A DNA stretch of 52,737 nucleotides from Candidatus Krumholzibacteriota bacterium (lineage in GTDB: Bacteria; Krumholzibacteriota; Krumholzibacteriia; LZORAL124-64-63). The stretch lies in NCBI GenBank assembly GCA_039714075.1, contig JBDLKA010000014.1, forward strand, positions 1-52,737, read 5' to 3'. A program made the position numbers and the translations under genes. The notes below the pieces were generated by a model. The model saw only the letters and a program-made list of their open reading frames with translations, had not been told where the DNA came from and did not search any database. Shown piece after piece: positions 34,726 through 46,448 of this stretch; the first letter of the stretch is position 1, and each line of letters opens with the position of its first letter.

Positions 34726-36369
34726 CTACTCTGAATAGTCGGGCTGCTCGTCCACGGTCTCAACCGGATCGGACGTCTCGCTGTCCACGGCGATCACGAC
34801 GTGCTTGCCGCCGGAGCGGTCCATGGTGAAGGTGCGCAGGCCCTCGATGGCGGCGGCCTCCATGTGCACGAGTCTCCGCTCGCGGGCTGACATCGGTTCC
34901 ATGTGGAAGGGCCGTCCGGTTTCCCGGATGTTGGCCGCGGCTTCCTGGACACGTTCCGCCAGGCTCTCTTCACGGCGCTGGCGGTAGTTGTTGATGTCCA
35001 GATTGATCCGCGCCCGGGCATCGATGGCGTTGCTGGCCATGCGTTCGACGAGATGTTCCACCGCGTCGACGGTCTGGCCGTGGCGGCCGATCAGCATGCC
35101 CGCACTGGCGTCATCGGTCGTGACCTTGATCTGGCGATATTCCCCGGGGTGTGTTTCGCACCGGCAGGGAAAACCCGCGCGGGCCAACATGCCGTCGGTG
35201 AGTTCGGTCAGGGCCGCGTCCAGGCCGTCCTCGGTCACTTCGCCCACCGGTTTGGCGTATTTGATACCGCTGATACCGCCCAGAATGACTTCATCGGCGT
35301 GATCATCGGTATATCGGGCGGGAGCCCGCCGTCCCCCGCTGCGGCTGTCGGAGGAATAATCCCGCGACTCCTGGGGTGTCGGTGAAACCGCCGGGCTGAC
35401 CGGTGCTTCGGGCGTGGGCGCCGCGGCCGCCGGAGCGGGTGTCGCGGGTGTTTCCACGTCCGGGGTTTCCATCTGCGGCTCTGCGGCAGCGATCTTTTTC
35501 TCCTTCAGGCGCGAGCCCAGGCCGCCAAAAGCCCGGCGCTGTTTTTTGGGAGTGGCCACGCTGGTCTCTTCTTTCTTTTCGGGAGGAGTGATGCTGGCAA
35601 CGGGCGCCGGGGCGGGTGCGGGAGCAGGAGCAGGAGCAGGAGCTTCCTTCCGCTGGTTCCGGCGGTTGGCCACGGGAGTTGACGGTTTTTCCTCGGGCCG
35701 GCTCGCGGCACGGCTCTTGTCCTGCTTTGCGGGCCGGCTGTCTTGACGACTGTCTTGACGACTGTCCTGGCGGCTGTCCTGACGGCTGTCACGACGGCTG
35801 TCCTGGCGGCTGTCCTGACGATTGTCCTGACGTCCCGCCGCCTCGCGACGACCACGCTCATTGCGGCTACGGCCACCGGACGACCTGCTGCCGGTCTGCT
35901 CCTGTTTTTCAGCCTTCACCGGCTTCTCGCGGCGGTCCGGCTGCTGTTGGTCCCGCGCCGGTTTCCTTCCGCCGGCCTCCTGGGTCCGGCCACGGCCGCC
36001 GCGGCCGCGGGACCCCCGCCGGCTGCGGCTTTTTTCCTCGCGCCCGGCATCCTTCGCTTCGTCTTTCCTGTCCCTGGAACCGCCGGAGGGCTTGCGGCGC
36101 GAACCACGGCCACGCCCCCCGCTCAGGTTGTGGGCCTGGTAGTCGTTGTCGTCCACACGGAAGTCCTTGCCCGATCCGCCGCGCCGTCGCGGCTGTTTTT
36201 TCCTGACCAGAACACGGGCGGCCCGGCCGCCGAGAAATCCCATGAAACCCGACTTGGGTTCTTCGAGAACCTTGATTTCGACTTCGTCCCGACGGGCCCC
36301 CATGCGAAGCAGTGCTTCGGAAATGGCGGATTCCACCGTCTTGCCTTGTATTTCGATTCTGTCGCTCAT
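34726..36369 (-). CDS. jag: RNA-binding protein Jag/EloR/KhpB with very long disordered linker
   Basis: Jag_N (GKTVESAI..VLEEPKSGFMGFLG), KH (GMLIGRHGQT..LDINNYR), R3H (MSARERRLVH); located after yidC. Confidence 0.92.
   Translation of the reverse strand: MSDRIEIQGKTVESAISEALLRMGARRDEVEIKVLEEPKSGFMGFLGGRAARVLVRKKQPRRRGGSGKDFRVDDNDYQAHNLSGGRGRGSRRKPSGGSRDRKDEAKDAGREEKSRSRRGSRGRGGRGRTQEAGGRKPARDQQQPDRREKPVKAEKQEQTGSRSSGGRSRNERGRREAAGRQDNRQDSRQDSRRDSRQDSRQDSRQDSRQDSRPAKQDKSRAASRPEEKPSTPVANRRNQRKEAPAPAPAPAPAPAPVASITPPEKKEETSVATPKKQRRAFGGLGSRLKEKKIAAAEPQMETPDVETPATPAPAAAAPTPEAPVSPAVSPTPQESRDYSSDSRSGGRRAPARYTDDHADEVILGGISGIKYAKPVGEVTEDGLDAALTELTDGMLARAGFPCRCETHPGEYRQIKVTTDDASAGMLIGRHGQTVDAVEHLVERMASNAIDARARINLDINNYRQRREESLAERVQEAAANIRETGRPFHMEPMSARERRLVHMEAAAIEGLRTFTMDRSGGKHVVIAVDSETSDPVETVDEQPDYSE
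35735..35830 (-). repeat. In-frame 12-bp tandem repeat x8 encoding (RQDS)n in jag
   Basis: Units CG(G/A)CTGTC(C/T)TG(A/G) on the + strand; protein RQDNRQDSRQDSRRDSRQDSRQDSRQDSRQDSR. Confidence 0.9.
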
Positions 36370-38189
36370 GCTTTCTGCTTACCTCCAGTGGTAGGCGCCG
36401 TCTTATGGATTTTCCAGGTCTGGTATCCCTGCATCAGGGTGTTGATCAGCCAGTAAAGCACCAGGCCCGACGGCATGTTGTAGAAGATGAAGACCATGAT
36501 CAGCGGCATCATCGTGTTCATGGCGGCCATTTGGCCGCCCGCACCGCTGGTCGGGGTCAACTTGGTCTGGAAGTACATGGCCACCGACATCAGGATGGGC
36601 AGGACGTTCAGGTCCGCCCCCAGGAACGGCAGCGCGAAAGGCAGTTGGGTGATCGCGTCGGGTTGGGAAAGATCATTGATCCACAACACGAACGGCTGGC
36701 CACGCAAAGAAATGGTGTGGCTCAGGGCCTGATAGAGCGCGATGAACACCGGCGACTGGACAAGGAGCGGCAGGCAGCCCGACAGGGGATTCACTTTTTC
36801 CTCCTGGTAGAGCTGCATGGTCGCCTTGTTCAGTTTGTCCTTGTCGTTTTTGTACTTCTCCTTGAGTGCATTCATCTTCGGTTGAAGTTCCTGCATCTTT
36901 TTCATGGACTCGGTGGATGTCTTCGTCAGCGGGTAGAAGGCCAGTTTCGTCAGGAGGGAGAAGATGACGATGATCAAACCGTAGTTCGGAATGAATCGGT
37001 GCAAAAACTCCATGCCCCACAAAACGACCTCGGACAGCGGACGGAAAAACTTCCAACCCAGGTCCATCGATTTTTCCAGGTCTTGACCATAGGCCTGAAG
37101 CAGCTCGGCCTCCTGGGGGCCGATGAAAAGGTCAAGGCGGGCGACGGCGATTTCGTCACCCACACCGCGTCCGGCGGGAATATCGATGGCCCATGACTGG
37201 GCCTCGAATTCCTGGTCGCCGCTCAGCCGGATGGTTCCCTCGACCGGTTCCCCCTGCTCCTGGGGAACGATTCCATAAACCGCGAAGTACCGGTTCTGCA
37301 GACCCGCGTAATGCACGGATCCACGCCACTGGCCCTCCACTTTTTCCACACTCTTCTTCAGGTTCTGGCGTTTCTTGTAGTGCAGATCCTCGCCGATGCG
37401 GCCCAGGGACCGCAGGGAAGGCAGCTCCATTTTCGTCACGCGCTCCGTCGGCGCGATGCCCTGGTTCCAGCCGAACCGGAATTCCTCCGGGGTTCCCGTG
37501 AGGTTCAGGGAATGGCGCGCCGCTTCGTCGGGCGCGGCCACCACCAGATCGACCTCCACGCCGTAGGTGTCCGGCCGGAAGGTGTAGATCTTGCGGATTT
37601 CCAGACCGCCGGCCAGAACCGCGGTCAGGGTCAGGGAGCTCGGTCCCGATCCCTCGGCCAGATCAAGGCTGACATGGTCGGTCCCGTAGACCGCCCGGCC
37701 CAGATCCAGGTCGCCGCCCCGGAAAAAGACGCCGTCCAGCCCGTTGGCGGGAATGCTCTCGGGCACCAGGTTGACCGGGCCCCCCAGCCAGCTGTCGTGT
37801 TCGTAGCCTTCCCACTTGGTGACCCGGCCGCCCTGGGTGGAAATCTCCATCCGGTAGAGCGGGGTCTTGACCGAGACGGTCTGCTCGATGCCGCCCGGCG
37901 CCAGGGCCAGGGCTTCATCGGCGGTCAGAATTACCGAATCCGAAGGAGTGGAAGGGTCGGTGCTTTCGGTTTCCGCCAACACGGGTTCGGTCCCGCCGGC
38001 GGAGTCGGTGGTGTCGTGGGTTTTGACCGGGCTTTCGGCCACCCCCGTGGCGGTCTCGGACGTCAGCGTGGAGTCGGGCCCCGACCCGGCAACCTGCTCG
38101 GGCTGGGGAAAGAACTTGTTCATCAGGTACGGGTAGCCGGCCAGAATCAGGAAGATGAGAACAAAGGCCAGCAGTGTGCGCCTATCCAT
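36366..38189 (-). CDS. yidC: Membrane protein insertase YidC
   Basis: [10 protein letters not shown]-terminal TM, periplasmic domain, [49 protein letters not shown]. Confidence 0.96.
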   Translation of the reverse strand: MDRRTLLAFVLIFLILAGYPYLMNKFFPQPEQVAGSGPDSTLTSETATGVAESPVKTHDTTDSAGGTEPVLAETESTDPSTPSDSVILTADEALALAPGGIEQTVSVKTPLYRMEISTQGGRVTKWEGYEHDSWLGGPVNLVPESIPANGLDGVFFRGGDLDLGRAVYGTDHVSLDLAEGSGPSSLTLTAVLAGGLEIRKIYTFRPDTYGVEVDLVVAAPDEAARHSLNLTGTPEEFRFGWNQGIAPTERVTKMELPSLRSLGRIGEDLHYKKRQNLKKSVEKVEGQWRGSVHYAGLQNRYFAVYGIVPQEQGEPVEGTIRLSGDQEFEAQSWAIDIPAGRGVGDEIAVARLDLFIGPQEAELLQAYGQDLEKSMDLGWKFFRPLSEVVLWGMEFLHRFIPNYGLIIVIFSLLTKLAFYPLTKTSTESMKKMQELQPKMNALKEKYKNDKDKLNKATMQLYQEEKVNPLSGCLPLLVQSPVFIALYQALSHTISLRGQPFVLWINDLSQPDAITQLPFALPFLGADLNVLPILMSVAMYFQTKLTPTSGAGGQMAAMNTMMPLIMVFIFYNMPSGLVLYWLINTLMQGYQTWKIHKTAPTTGGKQKA

Positions 38190-38487
38190 GGGCGGATTCT
38201 CCGATGGTAGAGGATGATGCGGCGGACGACGGCTCATTCCCACAGGAATGACAACCATGATTGTGTTGATGGTCTGGTTGGGGAACGGGGTCCAGGCCCC
38301 CGGGGTGCCAAGGATGACAACGGACCACGCGCCGGAGTGTCAACCAGCCGCCCCGGAAAAACCCGTGGGTTTCAAGGGCCTCGGCCCCATAGGCCGAGCA
38401 GCTGGGATAAAACCGGCAAGTAGACGGCAACAGCGGTGATATGAACCGCCGATAGCCTTGGATCAGAAGATATGGCACACGCCACAT
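38182..38487 (-). CDS. yidD: Membrane protein insertion efficiency factor YidD
   Basis: [36 protein letters not shown]. Confidence 0.95.
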   Translation of the reverse strand: MWRVPYLLIQGYRRFISPLLPSTCRFYPSCSAYGAEALETHGFFRGGWLTLRRVVRCHPWHPGGLDPVPQPDHQHNHGCHSCGNEPSSAASSSTIGESAHG

Positions 38488-38664
38488 ACGATTCCCGCTG
38501 GTGCTCCGCCCTGGAGACGTTCGGGACAGGTTGCCGGAAAAATGACCGGAAAACCTGGCCGGTTCGGGCGCGCTGGCACCGGTTGATAAGGCTCAGGCGC
38601 GGTTCGGCGGGACTGAATGATACCAGTCGAATGATTGGGTCGCCTGCAAACCTGGTTTACTCAA

Positions 38665-39084
38665 TTACGTTTGCCAGCGACCGAGCAGGTGGTCCAATTC
38701 TTCCCCAACTTCACGGGAATCAGCCCCCAGAATACTCCGGCGGGCGACCAGGACGACCCACAGTCCCTCAACCGCGCGGGGATCCCCGGTTTCACTTCCG
38801 GAATCCCGCTGCAGCCTTTTTTGAATGCCCATGACATGGTCTGAACCCTGGTCAAAGCCAGCGTCGGGCCGACCCAAATCCCCTTGCCGGAAGGCCTCTC
38901 GCAACAGCCGCTTGGCTCTGTTTCTCTTTACCGCGTTGCCGACTTTTTTACTGGCAACCACGGCCCGCGCCATGTCATCGGCGGGCAACAGGTAAACTAC
39001 GAGGAAGCGCCCCACTTGTTTGGCGCCCTGCTCGTAGACCTTGTGAAATTCGCTCTTTTTCGTTAGTGATCGCCATGCAGTCAT
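38665..39084 (-). CDS. rnpA: Ribonuclease P protein component
   Basis: LTKKSEFHKVY, ASKKVGNAVKRNRAKRLLRE (RNR motif); synteny. Alternative GTG start at 39093. Confidence 0.9.
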   Translation of the reverse strand: MTAWRSLTKKSEFHKVYEQGAKQVGRFLVVYLLPADDMARAVVASKKVGNAVKRNRAKRLLREAFRQGDLGRPDAGFDQGSDHVMGIQKRLQRDSGSETGDPRAVEGLWVVLVARRSILGADSREVGEELDHLLGRWQT

Positions 39085-39138
39085 ACCAGTCACAACACTT
39101 TAACTGTTCGCACAGCAGGATCCACACCATCGGGCAGA

Positions 39139-39273
39139 TCAAGCGGAAATACGCTTGCGTCCCTTGGCCCGGCGGCGTTTGAGCACCAGGCGGCCGGCCT
39201 TGGTCGACATCCGTTTCCGGAATCCATGCCGACGAGCCCGCTTTAGATTACTGGGTTGAAATGTCCGCTTCAC
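39139..39273 (-). CDS. rpmH: 50S ribosomal protein L34
   Basis: Below the ORF-track cutoff. Manual translation from GTG 39273: [53 protein letters not shown]. Confidence 0.97.
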   Translation of the reverse strand: MKRTFQPSNLKRARRHGFRKRMSTKAGRLVLKRRRAKGRKRISA

Positions 39274-39307
39274 GGAACTCTCCTTTGGTTTTCTTTCTCA
39301 GCGCGAA

Positions 39308-39336
39308 AGATTAATAATCTCCTTCGCCAGTGTCAA
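39308..39336 (-). promoter_or_regulatory. Sigma70 promoter for the rpmH operon
   Basis: Minus-strand TTGACA (39336-31), 17 bp, TAATCT (39313-08). Confidence 0.65.
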
Positions 39337-39349
39337 GGAAAACAGCGGG

Positions 39350-39679
39350 TTATCCACACCGGCCAAGGCCCCCGACACACCTGAAACCTGGGGACCAAAA
39401 ACCCCGCCCGCGAGTCCCGGGTTCCCGGAAATAAACCCCGAAAATCCTATCACCCAATAAAATATCAGGTTAAGAAGAAATTGATTTTTTCACGAGAAAT
39501 CCCTTGCACGGCGAACTTTCCCCATGCTAATTTCGCCACAGGGTGGTAACAAACATCAGGGACGATGAAAAAGTTATCCACAAAACCGTGTGTTGTGGAT
39601 AACTTTTCCCTCTCTGGTTGTGTTTTTACCCAACTTGTTTTTTTTAAGGGGTTTCTGGGTCTTGCTTCCCTGTTGATAA
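39350..39679. other. oriC part 1 / dnaA promoter region with DnaA boxes
   Basis: TTATCCACA at 39350 and 39574, TGTGGATAA at 39594, TGTTGATAA at 39671; AT-rich. Confidence 0.85.
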
Positions 39680-39730
39680 CTCAGTGGAGAAGTGGGCGGG
39701 TCAACGAGGGAAAGGGTCCCGGGTCCATTC

Positions 39731-41200
39731 ATGACAAATTTGGATACTTACTGGCCGGAAATTTTGGATGTTGTTCGCCAGAAAGTAGCCAAACAGACTT
39801 TTAACACTTGGTTTCTTCCTTTGTTGCCTGAAAATGAAGATGGATCCACTGGGGACAATCGGGACAACCGGGAAAATCCCTCAAACGGCTCTTCGGGCTC
39901 TCCCAAAGTGGCCTGCCCCAATCATTTTTTCATGGATTGGTTCAGTGAACACCATTTGACCTCTCTCAACGAGGCCGGATCCGCCTATTTCGGGCGGGAC
40001 ATAAATTTTTCCCTCAAGGTCAGGGAAGCCACGCCTGCCGGTGAAACCATTTCCGCGGTTGGTGCGAACAGCGAAGGACCGGCCGTGGTGCCGGATGACG
40101 CCGGTCCGAAGGAAGCCCCGCGGGTGGTCATCGATCCTTTGCCCAACGCGCCGGTTTCACGGGCGGCCACCTTGTCCAACATCAACCAGGACTACACGTT
40201 CGCCAATTTTGTCGTGGGTTCGGGAACCGACCTGGCCTTTGCCGCCGCCACCGCGGTGGCCAACAATCCGGGCGACCATTTCAACCCCCTGTTTATCCAC
40301 GGGGGCGTGGGCCTGGGAAAAACCCATCTGATGCACGCGGTGGGCAACGCTGTCGGCGCCCAGGATCCGGACAAGAAAATCTGCTACGTCACGGCCGAAA
40401 ACTTCATGAACGACCTGATCGGCTCCATCCGGGACAACCGCACGCCCGACTTCAAGATGAAGTACCGCAGCGTCGATGTTCTCCTGGTGGACGACGTGGC
40501 CTTCCTGGCCGGCAAGGAATCGACCCAGGAGGAATTCTTCCACACCTTCAACGCCTTATACGATCTCAAGAAACAGATCGTGTTGACCAGCGACCGTTCT
40601 CCCAAGGAGATCACCACGCTGGAGGAGCGTCTGCGCTCACGGTTCGAATGGGGTCTCATCACCGACATCCAGCCGCCGAACCTGGAAACCCGCATGGCCA
40701 TCCTCAAGCGCAAGGTCGAGGTCAACGACATCTATATCTCCGATGATGTCATCACCTACATCGCGGAGAACATCACCGACAATATCCGCCGTCTCGAGGG
40801 GGCGTTGATTCGTCTCCTTGCTTTCGCGAGTCTGACTGGGCGAGAAATTTCTCTGGAAATGGCCTCCGAGGTTCTCTCCTCCTTTTTCCAGGGAAGTTCC
40901 ACCGGGCCTGTGAAGATCGCCGATGTCATGAAGGTCGTCAGCGACGTCCATGACCTTACCGTCGATCAACTCAAGTCCAAACGACGCACCCAGGACCTGG
41001 CCCGGGCCCGTCAGATCGCGATGTACCTTGCGCGGGAAATGACCGGATCGTCACTGAATCAAATCGGGCGCGCCTTCGGCGGCCGGGATCATTCGACGGT
41101 TTCCCATGCCTACCAGAAGATCACCAGGGACATGAAGACCGATCCCCGCTTCAGGGGTGCCGTTCTGGACATCCAGGACCGCGTGCGCGGAAGAAACTAG
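39731..41200 (+). CDS. dnaA: Chromosomal replication initiator DnaA
   Basis: TFNTWF, YTFANFVVG, NPLFIHGGVGLGKTHL, QEEFFHTFN, RLRSRFEWGL, GGRDHSTV. Confidence 0.98.
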   Translation: MTNLDTYWPEILDVVRQKVAKQTFNTWFLPLLPENEDGSTGDNRDNRENPSNGSSGSPKVACPNHFFMDWFSEHHLTSLNEAGSAYFGRDINFSLKVREATPAGETISAVGANSEGPAVVPDDAGPKEAPRVVIDPLPNAPVSRAATLSNINQDYTFANFVVGSGTDLAFAAATAVANNPGDHFNPLFIHGGVGLGKTHLMHAVGNAVGAQDPDKKICYVTAENFMNDLIGSIRDNRTPDFKMKYRSVDVLLVDDVAFLAGKESTQEEFFHTFNALYDLKKQIVLTSDRSPKEITTLEERLRSRFEWGLITDIQPPNLETRMAILKRKVEVNDIYISDDVITYIAENITDNIRRLEGALIRLLAFASLTGREISLEMASEVLSSFFQGSSTGPVKIADVMKVVSDVHDLTVDQLKSKRRTQDLARARQIAMYLAREMTGSSLNQIGRAFGGRDHSTVSHAYQKITRDMKTDPRFRGAVLDIQDRVRGRN

Positions 41201-41353
41201 GACTTTCTGAACGGTCTACTGAACCTCTCGGCATTCCTCCCGACAGCGCAGGCAGGGTGATGTCATATCCAGCGGAACACCTTTCCAACGGGCAACCTGG
41301 TTTTTTATCGTGCATCGGCTTCGTTTTTTGACGGGGAAAACTCCGGGGATTGG

Positions 41354-41570
41354 TGGGGATAAACAGGGTATTATTCCGGGTCCGCGGGTAGACTGATGAG
41401 GGGTGTGGGTAAAGAGTGGATGACTTGTCCGGATACCCCCGGACTTATCCCAGGGATAAATAAATTCTAGGATCCCTTTTTTCAGGGGCAGGAGCGGAAT
41501 TGACGTCTTTTCAAAAAACTTATCAACATATCCCCAGCCCCTGTATCTACTACATGTTTTCTATATATAT
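41354..41570. other. oriC part 2: DnaA boxes, DnaA-trio-like tract and AT-rich unwinding element
   Basis: Degenerate boxes at 41354 (TGGGGATAA) and 41404 (TGTGGGTAA), then TTATCAACA-TATCCCCA-GCCC-CTGTATCTACTACATG-TTTTCTATATATAT at 41520..41570. Confidence 0.75.
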
Positions 41571-41686
41571 CAGGAATGAAGAAGGGAAAGCGCGGACTTG
41601 ATCCGGGCGGGTCGATCTCCTATCATGGCGATCCGCGCGAAAAACGGTACCGCACGGCTGACATACCTTGACCGGAGGACGGCACA

Positions 41687-42826
41687 GTGAAGTTCGAGAT
41701 CCAGCAAGAGGATTTGCAGAAGGCCCTGGACGTTATCGCTAACGTGGTGCCCACCAAGACCACCCTGCCGATTTTGACCTGCGTTCTGGTGGAAGTAACC
41801 GGGGACCGTTTGACCCTTTCGGCCACCAACCTGGATATCTCCATAACCACCAGCACGGACAAGGTGACCATCAAGAATGAAGGCAAGGTGGCCATCCCGG
41901 CGGTCAAGTTTGTGCCTTTCGTACGTACTCTGCGTCCCGGGGCGGTGGTCATCTCGCAGAAGGGCAAGCAGATCCAACTGGTCAGCGGCAAGGCCCGGAT
42001 GACCGAGAACACCATGAACGTGGATGAATATCCCGCCCTCAAAAAACTGGAAGAAAAGAACGGGTTGGATATGGAAGCCGCTCTTTTGATCGATATGATC
42101 AACGAGACCCAGTATTCGGTGTCCAGGGATGAAACCCGTCCGGCGTTGATGGGAATCCTCTGGGAGATCCGTAAAGACTCCCTGACCCTGGTCGCGACCG
42201 ACGCCCACCGGTTGGCCCGCAGCGAACGCGCCATGGAGTGGAGCGTGCCCGGCGACCGGGAAATGATCGTCGATACCGCCGGCCTGCGTCAGTTACCCCG
42301 GGTCGTATCGGGACTCGATGAAGATGAAGCCGCGTCCGGCAACATCACCATGTATATGGGGGAGAATCAGTTGTCGTTCCGCGCCGGTTCCACGGTGCTT
42401 CACACGCGGCTGCTCGAAGGACCTTTCCCGGACTACAACGCGGTCATTCCCCAGGACAACGACAAGGACATCACGCTGGACAAGGCCGATTTTTCCCAGA
42501 CCATCCGCCGGGTCTCGATCACGGCCGACCGCATCACCAGCCAGATCAAACTGGGTGTGGAAAACGGACGCATGGAACTGTCGGCCCGCGGCACCGAAGG
42601 CAGCCAGTCCGAGGACGAGATCCCGGTGTCCTACGAGGGTGAAGCCCTGGAGATAGGGTTCAACTTCGGTTATCTGCAGGACATCCTGAAGAACATCAAA
42701 TCCGAATCCATCATTCTTTCACTGAAGGATTCCCAGAGCGCGGCCCTGATCAAACCGGTGAACGAGGACGGCGAGGAAACCGGGGTGCTCTGTCTGTTGA
42801 TGCCCCTGCGTCTGGCCGGCGACTAG
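41687..42826 (+). CDS. dnaN: DNA polymerase III beta sliding clamp
   Basis: TTLPIL, LSATNLD, DETRPALMG, VATDAHRLA, RLLEGPFPDY, IGFNFGYL, LLMPLR. Confidence 0.97.
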   Translation: MKFEIQQEDLQKALDVIANVVPTKTTLPILTCVLVEVTGDRLTLSATNLDISITTSTDKVTIKNEGKVAIPAVKFVPFVRTLRPGAVVISQKGKQIQLVSGKARMTENTMNVDEYPALKKLEEKNGLDMEAALLIDMINETQYSVSRDETRPALMGILWEIRKDSLTLVATDAHRLARSERAMEWSVPGDREMIVDTAGLRQLPRVVSGLDEDEAASGNITMYMGENQLSFRAGSTVLHTRLLEGPFPDYNAVIPQDNDKDITLDKADFSQTIRRVSITADRITSQIKLGVENGRMELSARGTEGSQSEDEIPVSYEGEALEIGFNFGYLQDILKNIKSESIILSLKDSQSAALIKPVNEDGEETGVLCLLMPLRLAGD

Positions 42827-42827
42827 T

Positions 42828-44000
42828 TTGCGGATTCTGTCTGCAACGGTTCACGGATTCAGGAACCTTCAGGAAACGGATTTAACTTTTTCGCCCGGGG
42901 TCAACCTTGTCCTCGGGCGAAATGGTGAAGGCAAGACCAACCTGCTGGAAGCCCTCAACTACCTGGCCCTCGGCCGGTCCCATCGCAGCGGTAAACCGGA
43001 AGAAATGATCAACTTCGACAAAGATTCCCTCCATGTGGCCCTGGAGGTGGAGGAGGACTCCGGGTCGGTGCTGTCCTGTGAATTCGGCCTGGAGAGGGGC
43101 GGCCGCCGCCGGTTCCGCATGGATGGTGAAAATGTGCGCCGCCGGGCCGACCTGGTGGGCCGCCTGGTCACGGTTTTCTTCAACCCCGAAAGCATTCGCC
43201 TCGTCAGAGGGGCCCCACAGCGCCGCAGACACTTCACCGATCACGGGATGTCGGAGTTCGATCCGCTGTTTTTATCCCACCTGACGTCTCTGCAGAGAGT
43301 CACACGGCAAAAAACCGGCCTGTTGCGGGATCTCAAAAAAGGTCTCACGAACCCTGCGGAAGCCCGCCGGGAACTGGATTCCTGGAACCGCGAGCTGTCT
43401 TCGCACGCGGCCGAGGTTTGCGCGGGCCGGTGGGAATATGCACAACTTTTGACCCCTTTTGCCCAGGATAATTATAACTCTATTACCGATAGTAAATTAG
43501 CGATGCATTTCCGGTACCGCCCAAATCTCGAAAGCGTAAAAAAACGGCTGGAAAACAACGACGAAAATCCTTTTCAAAAAGAGGACTTAGCTGCGGATAT
43601 TTTTGCGGAAATGGACTATATTATGGACTCGGAAATTCGGCGCGGCAGGCCCCTGATCGGGCCCCAACTGGACGACTTTGAAGTCCTTCTGGACGGGGTG
43701 GACCTGAGGGTCTACGGATCGCAGGGCGAGACCCGCTCGGCGGCCATCGCCATGATCCTGGCGCGTAGCGACGTTCTTTTCCGGAAGCGTAACATTCGAC
43801 CTGTCCTGTTTTTTGATGACATCTTCAGTGAACTGGATCGGCATCGCACACGCAGGCTGCAGGAACTGTCCAGTTGGGACCACCAGGTGTTCGTCGCCAC
43901 GGCCCGCCGGGACGACGTCGCCGGATGGAGCCCGGACGAAATGAAGGCCTGGAATGTGCAAGGGGGCGGAATCACGGAGGACGCCGACGATCTCACGTGA
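42828..44000 (+). CDS. recF: DNA repair protein RecF
   Basis: FRNL, GRNGEGKTNLLEA, GRSHR, YGSQGETR, FFDDIFSELD. Confidence 0.95.
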   Translation: MRILSATVHGFRNLQETDLTFSPGVNLVLGRNGEGKTNLLEALNYLALGRSHRSGKPEEMINFDKDSLHVALEVEEDSGSVLSCEFGLERGGRRRFRMDGENVRRRADLVGRLVTVFFNPESIRLVRGAPQRRRHFTDHGMSEFDPLFLSHLTSLQRVTRQKTGLLRDLKKGLTNPAEARRELDSWNRELSSHAAEVCAGRWEYAQLLTPFAQDNYNSITDSKLAMHFRYRPNLESVKKRLENNDENPFQKEDLAADIFAEMDYIMDSEIRRGRPLIGPQLDDFEVLLDGVDLRVYGSQGETRSAAIAMILARSDVLFRKRNIRPVLFFDDIFSELDRHRTRRLQELSSWDHQVFVATARRDDVAGWSPDEMKAWNVQGGGITEDADDLT

Positions 44001-44062
44001 TGTGATTCCGACTGACCCAAGACGGCCCTTGAAGAGATGATCCCGGAAGTGAAATCTACAGG

Positions 44063-46383
<2,321 letters not shown>

Positions 46384-46448
46384 TTCCGGAATATTCCGGA
46401 ACCCGGAAATCCAAGTGGACACGTGTCCGCGCAAAACAGAGGCAAGGA

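Noticed and set aside
35735..35830. Tandem repeat as a possible CRISPR array
   Set aside because: Contiguous 12-bp in-frame coding repeats with no spacers; no array was found anywhere in the window.
38488..38664. TTG-started frame continuous with yidD but interrupted by one TGA (readthrough or selenocysteine?)
   Set aside because: YidD is already essentially complete from ATG 38487; the upstream peptide has no recognisable similarity and no convincing SECIS is visible.
39850..39878. Three 9-bp repeats (GGGACAATC-like) in dnaA
   Set aside because: Short in-frame slippage encoding DNRDNREN in a low-complexity insertion; no evidence of function.
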